DNA from: Lama guanicoe
Lineage: Eukaryota
Assembly (NCBI GenBank): GCA_013239625.1
Contig: MU053758.1
Location: 1,054,001 to 1,118,000, forward strand
Length of the DNA stretch: 64,000 bases
Direction: 5' to 3'
Positions 58,939 to 64,000 of this stretch are shown here, piece by piece; the first letter of the stretch is position 1; every line of letters starts with the position of its first letter. The notes beneath the pieces are model-generated. The model ran no database searches and had not been told where the DNA came from. It saw only the letters and a list, made by a program, of their open reading frames with translations. Made by a program: the position numbers and the translations under genes.

Positions 58939-60479
58939 ATCTGCCTGCTGGAGACTCTGAAAGCTCTGGAAACTCAGCATTCTCAGCTGGGGCTCTTGCT
59001 GCTAGCAGTGTGACCTCTGGGTGGTTTTTTTTCAGTCTATCTCCCCAACTAGTCAGTGAGCATCTTGAGGGCAGAGTTCATCTCTGTAACTCCAGCACCT
59101 GGCGTGACACATGACATGGAGTGTCAGGTGCTTGGTGGATGCTTGTAAAGAAAGGAAGGAGTGAAGGTGCAGCAGATGCAGGAAGGCACTTAGTGGTGAG
59201 TGAGGACCATGATCACTCGGTCTGGGAAGAGGGCTATGTATTCCCCGCTCTTTTCCTCACCCTTCCCTCTATAGCTCAGGACTTGGAGTCACTTGAACTA
59301 GAGGGGAGAGTTCAAGGTGAAGACATCAGGGCTGGTTGGCTTCATGAGTTAAGCACAGGCCAGAAAGCCCATGAGGGGCCAGTCAGCTGGGTTGTGCTCT
59401 GGGGCCAATAATTGCCCCATAAACCCTGGCCAGCCATGCTCTCCTCATCCCTTCACCTTTGTTAGTCTTTTGGGGAAAACAACTCACTGGGTGGCCTTGT
59501 GAATTGGGTCCAAGGTGTCATTTTCTCAGGAATCCCACTGCATTTTATTGTTTCATCCTTCCCATCATGTCAGGTGGAGGGAATCTGCTCTTCCAAGGGG
59601 AGGGAAACCAAGTCCACAGCCCAATGTTCCATCTATCAGCCTCCTTTCCCATATGGCTCCATGTTAGGTACTCTCCACTTGCCAGACACTATTTGCCAAG
59701 ATGCTGGGGACCTTAACATGAAAACATAGTCCCAGCCCTCAAAGCAAGTGACAGTATGATTTGTGAAGGGCTCACCACATTCTAAGTCCCATGACAGCTC
59801 GTTCGCCCAGAGCCCAGCACTGTGCTCATGCAAAGTCAGTGCTTAAAAAAATCAGTACAAACAAAACACAAGGTATGCTCAGAGTGCTCAGGGAACAGAA
59901 GGAAGGAGTAGCCAACTCAATTTCAGGGCAAAGGCTTGGGAAGGGGGTGGAAAACCATCAGAGCGGGCTCCTGAGGGAAGTACCACCTGAACTGATTCTT
60001 GTAGGATGGAAGGGGATTGCAGTAGAAGGGAGAGGAGAGAGGGGAGGACTGTAAGTGATGGATGTCATTCTAGAAACAGGGAGTAAATAACACCACAAAG
60101 CACATAGATAAGAGAGAGAGCATGGCTGTTCCAGAAGAAGTTTATTGTGGGGGTGTGAGATGTTTATGGGAAGAGTGGAGAGAAATTAGATTGAAGAGAT
60201 TGGCAAGGTGAGGCAATGAAAAACCCTCAGGTCCATGACAAAGGGTTGAAATTTAATACAATAGACCAGGGTTCCCAACTCATAGGCAGCAGATGCCTAG
60301 AAGTATAGAGAATTGTGCAGAGAGTCCAGGAACCCATAAACGTAGTTGTGTTGTTTTACTGCGTCATATGGGCAGGTGGAGAAGTCTTTCTACATTGAGA
60401 AAGGATCCTTTCAGAGAACAGGAAGCCCAGACGGCCAATACATGTATGAAAAGATGATCAGTCTTATTAGAAATCAGAT

Positions 60480-60903
60480 GTGTCATTAACTAGGGCTGCT
60501 GGGACAGATGCCCACCAACTAGGTGCCTTAAAATAACAGAACCGTGTTCTCTCACAGTTCTGGAGGCCAGGAGTCTAAAAGCAAGGCGTCAGCAAGGTTG
60601 AGTCCCTCCAAAGGCTCTGAGAGACAGTCTGTTGTGTGCCTCTCGCTTGGCCTCTGGTGGTTGCAGACAATCCCTTGCTATTGCGGCTTCATCGCCCCAG
60701 TCTCCGCTGTGTCGTCACATGGCGTCCTCCCTGCGTGTCTCTGTATCTCTCCTCCTATAAGGACACTAGTCCGTGGATTGAGGGCCCACCCTAACCTAAC
60801 CTCAGCTGAACTAATTACACCCGCCAAGATCCTATTTCCAAATAAGGTCACATTCTGGGGTTCTGGGTGGACATGAATTTAGGGGGGGACACTATTCAAT
60901 CCA
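60480..60903 (-). mobile_element. MLT1-family (ERVL-MaLR) solo LTR
   Basis: TCTCACAGTTCTGGAGGCC and CTATTTCCAAATAAGGTCACATTC motifs. Confidence 0.8.
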
Positions 60904-60974
60904 GGGAAATGCAAATACAAAGGCACAAAGATTACGACTTCGCTCCCATCATACTGGCAAGTATTAAAATGCCT

Positions 60975-61364
60975 GTCTGTGCCGCAGGTCGTGTTCACCA
61001 GAGGTAGGTGAAGGTCTGGGGGCAAGATGCTGACTAGGGATCACGTCCTACGAGAGGAAGCAGACAGAAGTAGGATTGGGCAGAGGGAGAAACCCATCTG
61101 TAATGCAGGCCTGAGAAAGTGCCAGGGAGTTTACTGGGGAGATCTGGATTGAGTATTGGTCCTCCAAGCGCCCTTCCTGGGGCTGAAATGGCTGGACTTC
61201 ACATCCCGGCTGCAGACTGCCCTAGAAGGGCAGGCTTTGGGGAGAGGGGCTCTCTGCAGCTGAGGCAGGCCCTGAAGTTGCTGACAGCTGGAGGCTGACA
61301 GTTGAGGAAGGCAGCAAGTCCCTCCTCAAAGGGGATCTGGTTGGCACACTCATTGTCTACCACA
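60975..61364. mobile_element. ERVL-type LTR fragment (LTR16-like)
   Basis: Recalled similarity (GGCTCTCTGCAGCTGAGGC...TGTCTACCACA); family uncertain. Confidence 0.45.
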
Positions 61365-61397
61365 CTCTGACAATACAGAGATGGTCAAAACAAAGAG

Positions 61398-61857
61398 TGT
61401 GGCAGGCCAAAAATGCTCCCCGCCACCCCCCAGGATGTCCACATCACATCCTTGGAAACTGTGAATGTGACCTTATTTGGAAAAAGGGTCTTTGCAGATG
61501 TGATTAAGGAAGGATCTTGCCATGAGGGGGGACCACCCTGGGTTATCCGAGTGGACCCTAAATACTATCACAAGTGTTCTTGTAAGAGAGAAGCAGAGGG
61601 AGATTAGACACATGGAAGAGGAGATGGTGATGTGAGGATGGAGGAGGAAGAGATTGGAGTGATGTGGCCACAAGTCAAGGAAGGTAGCAAGGAACTGAGT
61701 GTCCCTGAGGGATCATGGCCCCGCTAACAACTTGGCCTTGGCCAGTGAAACTGATTTGGGACTTCTGACCTCCAGAACTGTGAGAGAATACATTTCTGTT
61801 GTTTAAAGCCTTCCAGTTTGTGGTAGTTTGTTACAGTGGCCACAGGTAACTAACACA
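61398..61857 (+). mobile_element. MLT1-family (MLT1D-like) solo LTR
   Basis: GTGACCTTATTTGGAAAAAGGGTCTTTGCAGATGTGATTAAG and CCTCCAGAACTGTGAGAGAATACATTTCTGTTGTTTAAAGCC, with TG...CA ends. Confidence 0.82.
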
Positions 61858-64000
61858 AAGAGTAATGGACGATTGCTAATCGGGCTGCAATGTGGTGAAC
61901 CCACTCAGAGGATCTGAGTTCTCACGTGTGGAACATTTGGAGCAGACTCTGGAACCCAGTTCCCATGAATATTGGCTGTTTATACTCCCACTGCCCACTG
62001 AGGGCTCCCTGAAGGGACCAGTGGCAACCTCTCCAATGGCAGCCTCAACACCCACCTCAGACCCACCTCTGCCCGCCTTCCAGCTGCACCTGGTGTAGCC
62101 CCCACAAACGAATCTTTGGCCTTGCCTCACTTATCACCTAGACCAGGCTGGGGGACCCCCAGGATCTCCTATTGTCTGGCCTCCCAGAGAAGGGGGAGTG
62201 CTGAGGAGAATGGCAGCCCCCCTCTTCCCCCTGCTTTGGGAAATAAATATCCTTGGAGATTAGATCTAATCCCTGAGCTGAGATCAGTAAAATAGGAAAG
62301 TTTTGTCAGGTCAAATTAGACCTGTAATCCAGTGTGGCCCCATGGCCATGTTCCCCAACAGGGCACAAAGGTCCCTGGGGGCTCCGGCAGGTGTGTTTCA
62401 CTTGCTTGACTCAACAAGGACAAATTTCTGAAAATGTGCACATTGCATCTTTGTATATGGAATATCATACTTGGGCTGGTTTTAAGAAGGTGCATTAAAA
62501 GGGGGAGAGTGCTATAAAGCAATAAATCATCCTCGTGGGGGTAATCTGTTTCAGGGATAATCATAGTTTCTAGCCTTATCTCAAACTCCCCTCCCATCCC
62601 TGCTCCTCCAGGAAATAAATCTCCCGAAGGTCAGGGGTTGGGCCTGACTTTCCAGCTGGTCCCTCCCAGGACGGGGAGGGGGTTGGCGCCTCCACAACCA
62701 CACCTGGACCTGGTGACGTTCTTGGAAGGGCAGGCCACATGGGCGTCCACTGAATCCTGCCCACTGGGGCTCCTTCTCAAGTGTGGAGCTGAGATAGCAG
62801 GATTCTGCGCCTCCCCGGGTCGCAGACATCAGAGAGGCCTACATTTTGGAGTGGGCAGAATGAGTGCTTCCCACACAAGCCCCCTCCTGTACAGATGGAA
62901 ATGGTGAGCTGGCCCTTGGTTACTGTCCCTTGGGCTAGTGCTTCTCCCAATGTCCTTCCAGGAGCTTCCCAAGACCTGAGCTGTAAGTTTTCAGCCTCTC
63001 CTGATGTCTTCTGGGCTGGACATTCCACACTCAGATAGACCAGGCTTTCAGAGAAGGTGACAGAACTAGAAAGCTGTGGGTGCCTTCCTGGGACAACTGT
63101 GTATACCTCTCAGAGTGGCAGGGGAAACTTACAAAACAATATCTTCAATTCACATAGACCCCTGGGGAGGTGATAACCTCATAGCAAGTCTGCTGCAGCT
63201 AAAACCACAGGAAGTGCAATAAATGGGTTTTCTCTCACATTTGCCTGCCCCAGGGAGAGTGGGACAAAGGCAACTGGCTACTTTAAGAATTTCTTAAAGA
63301 CAATACTTCTGTTTCTCACTTGCATTTTAAAGCTTGCATTAAGTGCTTACTATGTCAGGTCTGAATCATTGATAGATAATTCTAGGCTCAAGGAGCTAAA
63401 ATTCTGTAAGGAAGGCAAATACACAACTATATCATTGCAGTACTATCTATGTACATATATATATGTGTGTGTGTGTATACATACATCATCGGTCATGGTG
63501 TATAGCATGGTTAATAGAAGCATGTGAATAAGCCCTGTAGGAACAAGAAAATTCCTGGTGGAGTAGGGGGCATATTGATTCAGGCTTTGAGGGATGAATA
63601 GGAGTTTGTCTTGATTTACACAGGGAGTAGGGAAGCCATTCCTAATCTCACCTTCTCCAGCAGCCTCTGTACCCAGGATGGAAGGCAGAGAAAGGCCTAG
63701 TGTGTGCATTCAGGGAGGGCTGGGAGAGGAGGCTGCTGAGGCTGGAGGGGCCCCATCCCAGGAGGGCCAGGCAAAGTGGATCCCTGTATGGACCATGGGC
63801 AGCCTTTGAAGGACTGTCCACCTGAGGCTGAGGGGCAGGGGGCCCTAAATAAGATGGAGGCAAACACAACCTAAGAGGCCATGAGAAACTGAGCCAGGTA
63901 GAAGCAGGCTTGGTGATGATGGGGCAGGTCTGAGACTTGGTTAGTTAGAATTTAAAGTTTAACTTGGAGGGAGAGCCAGGGAAAGTGAATTATATGTCTT

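Noticed and set aside
56000..64000. Syntenic neighbour PRR15L (and NFE2L1 at the other end of the window)
   Set aside because: No matching coding sequence recognised. The region is mostly repeats and these genes probably lie outside the window.

Overview
Mammalian genomic DNA, probably camelid, judged from a tRNA-derived Vic-1-like SINE and no recognisable Alu, B1 or Bov-A elements. Two convergent spliced genes can be reconstructed. COPZ2 (+) has coding exons 2-9 at 3748-12057; exon 1 probably lies in the 208-N gap at 2863-3070, and the MIR152 hairpin sits in intron 1 (3421-3507). CDK5RAP3/C53 (-) has 14 coding exons at 55391-46905, encodes 505 aa and has one GC-AG intron. Between them is ~34 kb with no recognisable protein-coding gene. 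It holds orphan CpG islands, candidate CTCF sites, homeodomain/MEIS motif clusters, a diverged 56-bp tandem array and many retroelements. The most unusual signals are a minisatellite built from copies of the CDK5RAP3 exon-6 splice donor, the 56-bp array with apparent trimeric higher-order structure, and a dense TGACAG cluster. No clearly novel biological system is proven. Gene and repeat family names come from recall, not database searches, and repeat boundaries without target-site duplications (TSDs) are approximate.
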